A DNA stretch of 64,000 nucleotides from Octopus vulgaris (Eukaryota), in contig OX597820.1 of NCBI GenBank assembly GCA_951406725.2, positions 55,490,001 to 55,554,000 of the forward strand, read 5' to 3'. Under the pieces are notes generated by a model. That model was given only the letters and a program-made list of their open reading frames with translations. It had not been told where the DNA came from and made no database searches. Both the position numbers and the translations under genes were made by a program. Every line of letters begins with the position of its first letter. Positions within the stretch are counted from its first letter, which is position 1. Shown in pieces: positions 52,066 to 64,000 of the stretch.

Positions 52066-53148
52066 AAAACCAATGCATATTTGACAGTTAATTTTGTTAC
52101 AGTTTAGCTCCAATTCAGCTTTGACTGAGAAAACCTATGATCAAAAGTATTTCATCCTGTTTTTCTTTTAGTGACATCTAGCGCTACATTATTTAATATG
52201 CCCTTTCAAATTTAAGACAATCGTCTTGATTTGAGGAAAATTTGGCTGGTATTTCCAGCAGGTTAAACAATGACATAGATACTTCCTCATTGGCTTACAT
52301 ATGTTTAATATATCTGGAAACCAAAATATCTTTCCCTGATATTCTTAGAAAATTAAAACTATTCAGGAAGAATAAATTTGTAGTTTACTGCGTAAAAAAA
52401 ATTCAAATAGTTAAAAAAAACAACTCTCATAAATTTTTGTGCTTCTTTCCTTGACAAAAAATATATAAATAAAAATAGCTTGAAACATCAGATTTCTGTT
52501 CTTAAGAATTTTATGAAAAACTTTCACTTTCAATATGTCACAGTAGCTTAGCATAATACTAAGAATAAGTTGGGATACAGAGCATTTTAAAAATGGAGAC
52601 ATTGAGGATATAAGAAAATACACCAGCTTGTAGGTAATTTGGAAGTATTACAGATCTCAAAACAGATATACCTTGGAATTGGTTGAAGAGAGAAACCAAG
52701 AGCTTGGTAATTTCCTAAGTTCACATAACACTTGGATTTTTGCCAATGCAAGAGATTTACTTCATTTAAAATATCTCTTTTGGTTTTTTTCAACAATACA
52801 GAGGGAAGACTAATAGATATGATACTGCTTAGTAAATTGAACATTACACTCAGTTCCTGAAAATACTGCGATACTTGAAACTGTAAATATCTGTAAATAG
52901 CTTCAAGACCCTACTTTCATTTTCTAACAGTTAAGAATTACACTATTTTTAACATATAATTATATATATATATTTATCCCATATTTATACACAAGGGGCA
53001 GGAACAGGCAGTTGCTTAAACTGGTCCCAGTATCAGGTTGGTACATATTTTATCAACTCCCAAATAACAAAACAGAGCAGAGTGATGGGTGAAATACCAC
53101 TAAGCATTTCGTCCAGCATGTTAATGATTCTGCCAGCTCGCCACCTTA

Positions 53149-53180
<32 letters not shown>

Positions 53181-53184
53181 AAAT

Positions 53185-53518
53185 GTACAAGCTCCAAAAA
53201 AGATGAGATTGCATGAATGTGGAGAATGAAGAAAGTAACTGTTATCCTAGTAGTTGTTGGGGCATTAGGAACATTAACAATCAGAAATTAGTTGGAGAAA
53301 TTGGGATTGACATGAGTATAGAATATGCTCTGAAATCTGCTTTATCGAGAACAGCAGGGATTTTGAGACTAGTAAATTGATGTTAAGTGTCGTGGAAAGA
53401 GACCCTGTGAGACCCTTGACAACAGGTTGTTGTCCGTTCTTACAGAATCAGCCAATTAACAGGAGCAAGTGAAATAAAGAGCCCTGAGAAGAGATGTACA
53501 ATAACAATAAAAATAATC
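53185..53518 (+). mobile_element. R4/Dong-like LINE 3' relic (restriction-like endonuclease)
   Basis: MWRMKKVTVILVVVGALGTL..KSALSRTAGILR resembles the PVV.GALG..QK.ALLGTA.ILR motif; (TAA)n-like tail. Confidence 0.65.
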
Positions 53519-54340
53519 CTTTCTACTAAAGGCACAGGGTCTGAAATTTTGAGGGAGGGGGACTAGTTGATTACATCAACCCCAGTGTTTCACTGGTACT
53601 TAATTTATCGATCCCAAACGGATGATAGGCAGAGTTGATCTCGGCAGAAATTGAACTCAGAATGTAGTGACGGGTGAAATACAGAGAAGCATTTCATCTA
53701 GTGTGCTAACGATTCTGCCAGCTTGTTGTCTTAATAATAAGAATCCTTTCTACTAAAGTCACAAGGCCTGAAATTTTTGGGGAGGGGACTAGTCGATTAC
53801 ACCGACCCCGAAAAGATGAAAAGCAGAGTTGATCTCGACAAAATTTGAACTCAGAATGTAAAGATGGATGAAATGCTGCTAAGGGTTTTCCCTGGCATGC
53901 TAAAGGTTCTGCCAGTTCACTGCCTTGTTAATGGTTACAAATTTTGGCACAAGGTCAGCAATTTCGGGGGCAGAGGTAAGTTGATTCTATTGACCCCAGT
54001 ACTCAACTGGTGCTTATTTTATTGACTCAGAAAGCATGAAAGGCAAAGTCAACCCAGGCAGCATTCAAACACAGAACACAAAATCGGAAAAAATGCCATT
54101 AACTATTCAGCCTGGCACAGTAACGGTTCAGCTAACAATCATAATAAATTAGAGTTGTAAGGTGGCAAGCTGGCAAAAATATTAGCATGCTGGGCGAAAT
54201 GCCTGTCTTCCACCGAGGTTGGCTTTGCCTTTCATCCTCTCGGAGTCGATAAATTAAGTACCAGTTGTGTACTGGTGTTGATCTAATAGACTGGCTCCCT
54301 CCCCAAAAATTTTAGGCCTTATGCCTAGAGTAGAAAAGAA
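53515..54340. mobile_element. Cluster of SINE B copies (three - strand, one + strand)
   Basis: Repeated family motifs at ~53515, 53740, 53940, 54158. Confidence 0.8.
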
Positions 54341-55800
54341 TAAATTAGAGTTGTTTGCAGTATCTTTGCCCTTCTCCTGTGTTAGGGTGGGATAATTTAA
54401 GGAAAGTAAAATGAAGTGTTATGGAAAAGGTAATAAATGAAAGAAACAAGTACAGGCAGGTAAGGTCATAACTGCTGTACACATGGTCAGACTTCTAAAA
54501 AAACGTGACCACTTATCGAGGTGTAAGTGTGTGTGTGTGTGTGTGTATGCGTGTTGCCTTCTTTTAAGATCCTTTGTTTCCACAGAGGAAAACAAACAAT
54601 TATTATTCTTATTATTGAAAATGTTGTACAGTATTATTATTATTATTATTGTAGTTGCCATCGGCACTATCATACTACTACTACTACTACTACTACTACT
54701 ACAACTACTTTTACAACTATTACTATCACTACTACTATAATGGCTATTAATGATAACGAAGACAGAGAAGGAGGAGGAAGATAAAAAGGAGGAGAAGGAG
54801 GAAGCAGAGGTAGTAAAGGACAAAAAAGGGAGAAGCATATAAAGAAGGGGAGGTGCTGAAGGAGAAGAAGAAAAAGCAGAATGACACCACATACAATAAA
54901 ATCCCAGCCAGAAACGTGACCAGAAAGAGACATTCCAAAGAAGGAAGCAAGTAGACCAAAGAAATCACCAGTACCAGAGCTGAAGGGGAGAACTGATGGT
55001 GGGAGTAAGAACATTATGTGAAGCAAAATGTCTCTCTCTTCCTTCATATGCATGCAACAACCATAAGCTTCACCACTATCGCCATGGCTACTATAAAAAC
55101 TATAACCACCAATACCACCACCACCACCACTACCTCCTATATTTACAATCATTTTGATCACATGTACCACTAGTATCATCACCACAATGACCAGATACAT
55201 TCAAATCCACCACCACTACTACTATTACCACCAGCACCAGCACCACCACAACCACCACCACAACAACCACCACCACCACTTTCACACCTGAACTACATCA
55301 CCGGCTACAATTACAACCATCATAATCACATGTAACACCACCATAACCACCACCACCATAATCACCAGCCTTAGTAATGATGATACAATGCAAAATAAAT
55401 ATTTGGCAGAGAAAAGAATAATAATACAGACTACAATAACAAACTTCCATGTCATCAAATAGTGTCATATTTTAAGTAAATAGTAAGACAGGCCTTCATA
55501 GCTTCCGAAAGTGGGAAGAGTAAGCAGGGAGTCCTCGCTTTAGATTGCTTAACTTGCCATGAGTTCAGGCAATGTTATAAGCCACAGGTGATTTTTTTTA
55601 CTATTTTTTTTAATATTTGGAATGAATAGTACAACTCTCAAGGAAGAAGGGTAACCTGATAATGGTTAAAGATCATTTCACCTTCACCTTCACATGTCCA
55701 CAGCCACAATAATGATTCCCAATGACTCAGCTTACCTATAAGGAGGTGCTGAAAAGTTTTTGGGCTTTGGGTAAAAGAAAATACAGGAAGATCAGTTTAA

Positions 55801-56550
55801 TTATACAGTGGTAGATACCATGAGAAAAACCCTCATATTAGATTTTAGTACAAAATGCACACTTGTTTATATTGCTAGCAGTTCAGCAAAATGAACTGAT
55901 AGTAGTTACTAGGCTTGAAAAAATAAGTCCTGGGGTAAATCTATTTGACTAAAACCCTTCAAGGTGGTGCCCGAGCATGGCCACAGTCAATTGTTTCAAA
56001 CTAGATAAATGATAAAAGATACAAGATAATGCCACCTAAAATACAGTATAGCAATATAAACAAATGTACTTTTTGCACCAAAAACCAATATTAGAGGTTC
56101 TCTTATGGTATATACCACTGTATAACTTGTTCTAACAGAACAACCACATTTAAGTAGGGATAAATATTACTGCTCAGTATTAACACTACATAGGACACTT
56201 ATATATATTTCTTAACAAGCTCACTGGCTATCATGACACCAGTGGCTGTTCTGGCACTGTTTTTCCTATATATCATTGGTGGGAATGGGGAGATGAGTCA
56301 CTGCTATCTCTAGCAGTCGAGTGTCCATCACTGATGAGACCTGGGAAGGTCAAAATCATGTGATCTGATGGTATCAGTGCTGGAGATAGCAGAGATTTAG
56401 CTCCTCATTAGAGATATAAACATGCCTGCATTCTGAACCAAAAACCAATATGAGGGTTTCTCTCATGGTAACTACTGAAGAATAGTTTGTTCTAAAGGAA
56501 CATCCATGTTTAAGTGGGGATAGATATTCCAGCTCAGTATTAACACTGTC
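55801..56550. repeat. Second locus of the hammerhead-containing ~360-bp repeat (inverted fragment plus ~1.4 tandem monomers)
   Basis: 55801..55877 is inverted relative to 56049..56125; 56065..56190 is repeated at 56426..56550; homologous to 47038..47491. Confidence 0.8.
56301..56392 (+). ncRNA. Type I hammerhead ribozyme (G12->A variant) with long stem I
   Basis: CTGCTATCTCTAGCA..CCATCA-CTGATGA-GACC/TGGGAA/GGTC-AAAA-TCATGTGA-TC-TGATGG..TGCTGGAGATAGCAG. Confidence 0.82.
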
Positions 56551-57270
56551 TCTATCGCTAATATATATCTACCCAAAAAGGGCTCAGCAAATGATAACAA
56601 TGTCAACGATTAAGTAGAGTGACATATATATATATAATGTCAGTGACCAGTTTATATGAGTACACCACAGGATTTTGTACTATTAATGAAAAACTAGTGG
56701 AATATCAGTAATCAGGTGATGGGAGTTTAACAAAATGCTTCCATACTGTTAACTCTGAAAGATAACCTTAATTTTCATTGCTATGCACTGTGTGTAAATG
56801 TGTTTGTCAGTAATTGTATGTATGTGTTGTTTAAATGGAAAATATAATGAACAGTGAGGCTAGACAATGTCAGATACTAGGAAGCAGATAAACAGAGACT
56901 ATGAACTGTGTGTATGTGTGTGTGTGTGTGTGTGTAATATTTAATATAACAACCAAAGTATAACATAATGTTTCAAAATTCAAGTTCATTCCACAGCATG
57001 GCACCTTTGGTAAGTATATCTTCTAATATAGCCCCAGGTCAACCAAAGTCTTGTGAGTGAATTTGGTATGCAGAAACTGAAAAAAACTCATTGCATATAT
57101 ATCATGATCATATAGTGTCTGTTGTCCATGCTAGCTTGGATTGGACAGTTTGACCAGGGCTGATAAGCTGAGGGGCTGCACCAGACTCCAGTCTGATTTG
57201 GCATGGTTTCTACAGCTGGATGTCCTTCCTAATGCCAACCACCCTGAGAGTGTAATGGGTGCCACTGGCA

Positions 57271-57313
<43 letters not shown>

Positions 57314-57671
57314 CAAATATTAAAGGAAATAGAGAAATACAATTGACATATTAAACATTCATTTACATTATAATAATATACTATAAAAAGATATAATATA
57401 ACAAATAATTAAAACAAATATAAATCTAACAATCTGTTTCAACTCATAACCACTAGTGAATTTAATAAAAATTCCATGCAAGGACTATATATGTATATAT
57501 ATATATACTGGATCACTGAAATCTAACAGGTTTTTTCGCTTTGTTTATTTTCTCTTATTCCTTTCTGTTGAAGAGTGCTGGCTAGAAATGTAAAAGACTT
57601 TTTCATTTTTCCTGAGGGTCAAATTAATATACTTGCTTGTCTTAGTCTTTTGTTTTTCTATAAATTTCAAC

Positions 57672-57736
57672 TATATATATATACACACACACACACTCAC
57701 ACATACATATATACATACACATATATATACACACAC

Positions 57737-57769
<33 letters not shown>

Positions 57770-58042
57770 TGTATATATGCATGCATGCATGTATGTATAT
57801 ATGCATGCATGCATGCATGCATGCATGTATGTATATATGCATGCATGCATGCATGCATGTATGTATATATGCATGCATGCATGCATATATGTATATATGC
57901 ATGCATGCATGCATGTATGTATATATGCATGCATGCATGTATGTATGTATGTATGTATGTATGTATGTATGTATGTATGTATGTATGTATGTATGTATGT
58001 ATGTATGTATGTATGTATGTATGTATGTATGCATGCATGCAT
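57672..58042. repeat. Compound microsatellite (TA)/(CA)/(TATG)n/(TGCA)n
   Basis: Directly visible. Confidence 0.95.
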
Positions 58043-58047
58043 ATCTA

Positions 58048-58195
58048 CAACAGGCTTTGTTCAGTTTCTGCTCACCAAATTCCCTCACATGGCTTTGGTT
58101 GGCCCAGGGCTATAGTAGAAGACACTAGCCGAAAATGCTACATAGTGGGGCTGAACCCAAGTTGAGAAGCATACTTCACAATCACACAGTCACAC
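58048..58195 (-). mobile_element. SINE family A 5' part
   Basis: GGCTTTGGTTGGCCCAGGGCTATAGTAGAAGACAC. Confidence 0.7.
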
Positions 58196-59130
58196 CATAA
58201 ATAGTGAAATACATAGCATCAGTGATGTGATACAAACTATTAACCGTTTGGCAGGTTTTCTGAAATCCTAACAACTTGACCAGCCATGCTAACAAATAAA
58301 TGACTGCTCCCACAACAAACCAAAACAAAACAGCACCATGTTATTGATAGAGCCATGCTAAAAGAAAATGGATGTAAACAGAAAATCTAATATTAACTTC
58401 TGAGATCTTTGTCTAAATATGGCAAGTCAAAGTAGACAGAGGAGTATCAATAATGTTTAAAGAATTTTCTTTCTTTTTTTTTTTATGGATTTCCTGAATT
58501 CTCCAATGGCAAAAGGAACTGTGCCAGATATCATTCTTTACTAAGTGGAGAGGTTCACTGAGGTCCAGTCATTGATGTGGTAGCTTTTGTGCCTCAATGA
58601 CCCCGAGAGTTCTGCCAGCAGAGTGCAAGCTGAACAGGTCAAGGGATAGAGACCAGATTAGTATGAACCAACACTCCCCAAAAGTAAAAATGGGTTTGTA
58701 CCTCTACTAAGTTAAAGTGCAAAGTTACAGATGCATCAACAACAATTCAAAACCAACAAGGCCTGAGAGAGGAAGGTTTTTCTTCAGAGAACTGTGATGC
58801 AGTGTAGCAAAATCTAAAAAGGAGGCAGGAGGGAGGACATTCTAAAAACAGCTGAAAGCAGTATACTGCAGCAGAACTGAAAAAGCAGGAATCCAGATGG
58901 AGCAATGCAGAAAAGACAGTCCAGAGTCAAGAACAGTGGAGAAGTGCCATCAATGCTCCATAGACATAGAATGAAGGCCTTACGTAAGTATGAGGAGAGG
59001 TGATTTCCTAAGACCCTTAGGAGGGGTTCACTGAATTCCCTTTCTCCACATGAGGGTCTATATATCATATAATGATACACACACACATATATGTATACAT
59101 GTTATATATATATATATATATATAATTATA

Positions 59131-60031
59131 TACAAGGTGTTATCAAAAGGTTCCCAGACTAGTTATGTTTAATAAAAAATAACTTATTTACCTAAGTTTT
59201 AACATCATCTTCTTTGAAATAGTCTCCTTGTGCAGCAATATACTGGTGCCAGCATTCCTGTCACTTTTGGAATCCAGCCTGGAAATCATTTTCTGTAAGC
59301 GAGTCAAGGACCTTCTGCAATTATCTCTGGATCTAGACAATGGTATTAAGATAGCAACCTTTGAGCTGCATTTTCATCTTGAGGAAGAGATGGAAGTCCA
59401 CAGGTGCTAAATCTGGGGAATTGAGTGGATGTGGAAGTGATACCATGCTGGTTTTGGCAAGAAGCTCACAGGTAAGGAGAGCTCAGTAAAAAATCCAATT
59501 CTTTGCACTCTTCAGATCCAGTCGCTTTCACTGAATGTCCTCCCTTAAATGCTTCAAAACACCACAATAGAACTTTTGGTTGATGGTCTGGCCCTGGGAG
59601 AACAAATTCTTGAGGCACAATACCACATTTCCAAGGGTGATGCTTGTGGCAAGTCTTCCAGATCGCTCATCTTCCAGGGATGTTCTTCAGATTCTGAAGA
59701 GCCCGTGCTGCTTGAAACATTGTGTACAACCCATTGCCTTGTCACTGTAAGCTTGCTGAAGCATGATCAGTGTCCCTGTAGCAGATTTTCCAAATTTAAT
59801 GCAAAATTTCATACTGGCTCTTTGTTCTTGAGCTTGACAAAATTGCAGACTACAGCATACACGTGATCACAAAAACACAAATTTCACAACTTCCAAAATA
59901 AACACAGCGATATCACTTGGCACACCACCTCATGAAGGTCACCGCTAGCGCTCAGTGTGTATGCAAGCATGTACTGCAATCTGTTGGTGCTCTACAGAAC
60001 TAGTCTGGGAACTATAGGATACTGCCTTGTA
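59131..60031 (-). mobile_element. Internally deleted mariner element
   Basis: TIRs TACAAGGTGTTATC..GTTCCCAGACTAGTT and its imperfect reverse complement; minus-strand SPDLAPVDFHLF and WHQYIAAQGDYF remnants. Confidence 0.85.
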
Positions 60032-60864
60032 TATAATGATATGTATGGTTTCAAAATCCATGGTAGAGTATACCGAAAGACCTAACATGCAATATATTCA
60101 GAATAGAATTATCTATTATAGTAATTAGCATCTCAGTAGGGGCTGAAACCGGACATGGTTCCTCCTGATGATGTCTTGAGCTAACTGGATCCTATAAAGA
60201 AGCTGTTGTGGTAGCAGACCACGAAACATGGTTGAAATTCCTCAGCCCCTCAAACTTAATCTCTACTTTCAATGAGCAGGTTGTTGATAATTTTAGTAGT
60301 TTTTCTCTCTCTCTCCCCAAGTCTATCTCAGCTGAGGTTTAATTTGCCAAGAGTAATGATCTCTCAACTCGGCCAAAAGCAAAAACCCTCAGACCACTAA
60401 AATTATAGAGGGGAGTTAAGATGGTCAAGTAGATAGCTTTTGGAGTCATAGATGACTCAGCAGAAATTCAATGTTGCAATGTTGAGTTGAAGCCATTTCA
60501 TATTTCCCTGGGGTTGTTCCATACATCTAGTTTATGTAGATATGTACGGTTAATAATCCCCCACAAGGACCAATCCTTGTTGTTGTACGCTAGCCTGTGA
60601 GCCTCAATGACTCTAAGAGCTATGCTAGGTCCCTATGCTGGACAGGTCAAAGGATAAAGACTAGTCTAATATGGCTTACTGTCAGATGCTGTACAATAGT
60701 GAAACAAGAAAAAGATCATGAAGCAGCTAGAAACTGAGAGACATATCAAGTACATGTGAATAGGGAACACATGCAGAGAACAATAACATAATGTTAGCCT
60801 GATGTGGATGAAGAAGGCTATGTTGATGGTGGTGATGATGATAATGATGTAATTATTATAAGTA

Positions 60865-61254
60865 CAGTTGTGGCACTTGTGCCCCGTGCTAGTAGGGTGC
60901 TAGGAGCACTATCCAAGCATGATCGTTGCCAGAGCAGCTAACTGGCTTCCATGCCAGTGTCACGTAAAAGGCACCATTCGAGTGTGATCGTTACCAACGT
61001 CGCCTTACTGGCACTTGTGCTGGTGGCACGTGTAACAACATTTGAGTGAGGTCGTTGCCAGTACCGCCTGACTGGCTCCTGTGCCGGTGGCATGTAAAAG
61101 CACCTACTACACTCTCGCAGTGGTTGGTGTTAGGAAGGGCATCCAGCTGTAGAAACTCTGCCAGATCAAGATTGGAGCCTGGTGCAGCCATCTGGTTCAC
61201 CAGCCCTCACTCAAATTGTCCAACCCATGCTAGCATGGAAAGCAGACGTTAAAC

Positions 61255-61288
<34 letters not shown>
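60865..61288 (+). mobile_element. RTE-type 3' UTR copy with (GAT)n tail
   Basis: Collinear with 19250..19705. Confidence 0.85.
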
Positions 61289-61327
61289 TCCCCAACTACC
61301 CATATGCAATATTTCTATAACTAGTGT

Positions 61328-61654
61328 CGTGAGGGCGCGTGGCTTAGTGGTTAGGGCATTCGGCTCATGATCGTAAGGTTGTGAGTTCGATTCCCGGCGA
61401 CGCGTTGTGTCCTTGAGCAAGACACTTTATTTCACGTTGCTCCAGTCCACTCAGCTGGCAAAAATGAGTTGTACTTGTATTTCAAAGGGTCAGCCTTGTC
61501 ACTCTCTGTGTCATGCTGATTATCTCCGAGAACTACGTTAAGGGTACACGTGTCTGTGGAATGCTCAGCCATTTGCACGTTAATTTCACGAGCAAGCTGT
61601 TCCGTTGATCGTATCAGCTGGGACCCTCGTCGTCGTAACCGGCGGAGTCTTTAA
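61328..61654 (+). mobile_element. Young tRNA-derived SINE C2 with target-site duplication
   Basis: A box TGGCTTAGTGG, B box GAGTTCGATTCC; 11-bp TSD ATAACTAGTGT at 61317..61327 and 61655..61665. Confidence 0.92.
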
Positions 61655-62900
61655 ATAACTAGTGTGTTCTTTTCACAATGTATCTGGAGGCATTAAATTA
61701 AATTTATTGTGCTCTATCTACTGACAAATGGGAAACATAAATGGTATGTTAGCAGATGGGAAACATAAATGGTATGGTATCATAATGGAGGAAGCGTGAA
61801 ACTTTGAAGCTTTATGCAGAAGACATATTTGCATTGCCCACAAAATTTTCTATTTCTGTTATCAGACAGCTGAAACGTGAATGTGTGCACGTTGTTTTTT
61901 AATCTATTAATAATGCATGGCTACTATAATAAGATAAATTGAGATAAAATTAAATTCTACTGCCACCTCACCTGCCAGACCCAGAAATTATTACCTTACA
62001 CGAGACCAAAATTTGAAATTGCCTCTTTATTCAGTCAGCTGCAAGTTAGTTCTGCTGTTATGGACATCATCTTTTGCAGAGTCTACGTTGACATTTTTAA
62101 TTAGCAAGGTTTTCCCTTCCCATTATAACAACTAACACCATGCAGCCTTTGGTCAATTAATCATCCAATTAGTCAGTTGGCATCTCATTATTTTGCAGAA
62201 AACAGAAAGTAGAAATTTTTTTTAATTTCCAAGTAAAAAGAAGCATGTTGAATTTGGTGTGACAGTTGACAAAAATAAACAAATAAATAAATATAAATGC
62301 ATAAAAAAAATAGTCTTATTGTGTGGGGAGCGTTTATAAAATGTTTAAAAAAAACAAAAACAAAAGAAGGAAATAGTGTACAACTGTAAAAGTACAGTAA
62401 AATGAAGGAATACTGTAAACCTCTATTAGACATAATATAAAAAACAAACATAAGGGATATTTTAAGAAAAAATGCTTGGCTATAAAACTAATCTATTGCC
62501 CAATTTAATAGCCCCACCTGACCCTTGGTTGTTTTTTAGCAACATCTATGTAACGAGCGTTCAGAACAAGTATCTGGCCAGAGGATAACTTTTCCCCTTC
62601 CTTCAACCAGCCTTGGAGATGCTGAAATGAGTCGGACACTGATATTTATGCTCTGATTAAGTGATAAAAAAATAGACTGCTTTGAAACCAGACCAACATC
62701 ATTTAATAAAATTTTTATTCCATGTTATACTGCAGTGGCCCTCAGTCTTTTCTGCACCATGAACTGGTTTCATGCAAGACAATTTTTTCATAGACTAGGG
62801 GATCACTCACATGACAAAACACAATAAAGTACATAACATGCAATTGAATTATTACATATATAATGCAAATGTAATTATTACATTGTATATTATGCACAAG

Positions 62901-63205
62901 TGGAGGTGCAATGACCCAGTGGTTAGGGCAGCGCACTCGTGGTTGGAGGATCGCGGTTTCGATTCTCAGACTGGGCATTGTGTATTTATTGAGCGAAAAC
63001 ACCTAAAGCTCCACAAGGCTCTGGCAGGGGGTGGTGGCAACCCCTGTTGTACTCTTTTGCCCCAACTTTCTCTCATTCTCTCTTCCTGTTTCTTGAGTAA
63101 TGCTGCGATGGACTGGCGTCCCATCAAGCTGGGGGGGGGGCACATATACCACAGAAACCGGGAAACCGAGCCCATGAGCCTGGCCAGGCTTGAAAAGGGC
63201 ACATA
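62901..63205 (+). mobile_element. tRNA-derived SINE family D
   Basis: A/B boxes, GGCTTGAAAAGGGCACATAAA plus A-rich tail. Confidence 0.85.
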
Positions 63206-64000
63206 AATAATAAAAAAAAAAATTATGCATAATATTTCTACTATTATTACATGATAATAGTTATAATACAACTAAGGCAGCAAGCTGGCAGAATTGTTAG
63301 CATGGGAGGGATTCTTTGGGGTTTGAATAAATGTAACAAAAGCAAAGTTTAAAGGAAATATTAGCCATTTTTCATAGTTTCTAGCAGTAAGCAAATAGGA
63401 AATAACAGTAGCTACACAAAGACAAAAATGTAATGGACTTAGCTTTATGAGAAACTGTACTGATGGTCATTAAGGAAAGAACAAGAACAACGTTACTGCA
63501 CAGCTAGAGTAAGAATGGTGAGGAAAATGTTCAAGAAGCTATTACCTCTGCTGGTAACAAAGGTATTCTCTCTCTGAATGAGGGAAAGATTACATAATAT
63601 TTGAATATGAAGTGTAATGTTGCATATTAACAAAACAAGAGCTGTGGCACTGAACCTAGAATCATGTGGTCAGGAATATCAAAAGTTTTGCAAAAAAAAA
63701 TAAAATAAAAACTTCATACAAACACAATATTCAAAGAAAGATTTTTTTTTGTTTTTAAAGTTAACTACATTAAGAAAAATTATGAAAAACAAAATGTCAC
63801 AAACTCCTGGGGAAGTTTTCATAGAGTGTTTTTGAAAAGTTGGACAATGAAAGCACTTACACACGAAATACCCACTATATACAAACTTCTTCTCTAAGGA
63901 TTTGTCACACTCTCCTTTTATACACGCACACATCATTGTCATCATCATCATTTGCTGACCTGAACCATCATTAAAAGTCCTTCCCAGAGCTTATAATACT

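Noticed and set aside
54419-55370. Low-complexity ORFs (poly-S/V/T/G)
   Set aside because: Trinucleotide repeats (CTA, CCA, GGA) with no splice or codon evidence
61334-61400. tRNA gene candidates at SINE heads (also 62901, 46247, 38022)
   Set aside because: A/B boxes run directly into SINE bodies; no complete cloverleaf or terminator
61660-62620. Non-repetitive island with splice-donor-like motifs on the minus strand
   Set aside because: All frames closed and no clear acceptor; cannot support an exon

Overview
AT-rich, microsatellite-dense eukaryotic non-coding DNA made almost entirely of transposable elements. The SINE families and (TA)n/(CA)n load resemble a cephalopod (Octopus-like) genome; this is inference. 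No host protein-coding gene is confidently visible. Main elements: an L1/Tx1-clade LINE with intact ORF2 (1..4736), a decayed Tc1 element with DD36E spacing (8719..9962), a 5'-truncated CR1-clade LINE (15536..18510, minus), two mariner relics, RTE/CRE/R4 LINE fragments, a Helitron, piggyBac-, hAT- and foldback-type MITEs, and dozens of tRNA-derived SINEs. Best candidate for an undescribed system: a ~355-360 bp non-coding repeat family carrying a type I hammerhead ribozyme. It occurs at two loci (46786..47491, 55801..56550) as partial tandem plus inverted copies with covarying stems, i.e. a retrozyme/Penelope-pLTR-like family; other decayed hammerheads lie elsewhere. Also notable are two SINE-LINE shared 3' tails (Tx1 and CR1) and a ~257-bp near-perfect inverted duplication. 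All coordinates and alignments were read by eye, so boundaries are approximate.
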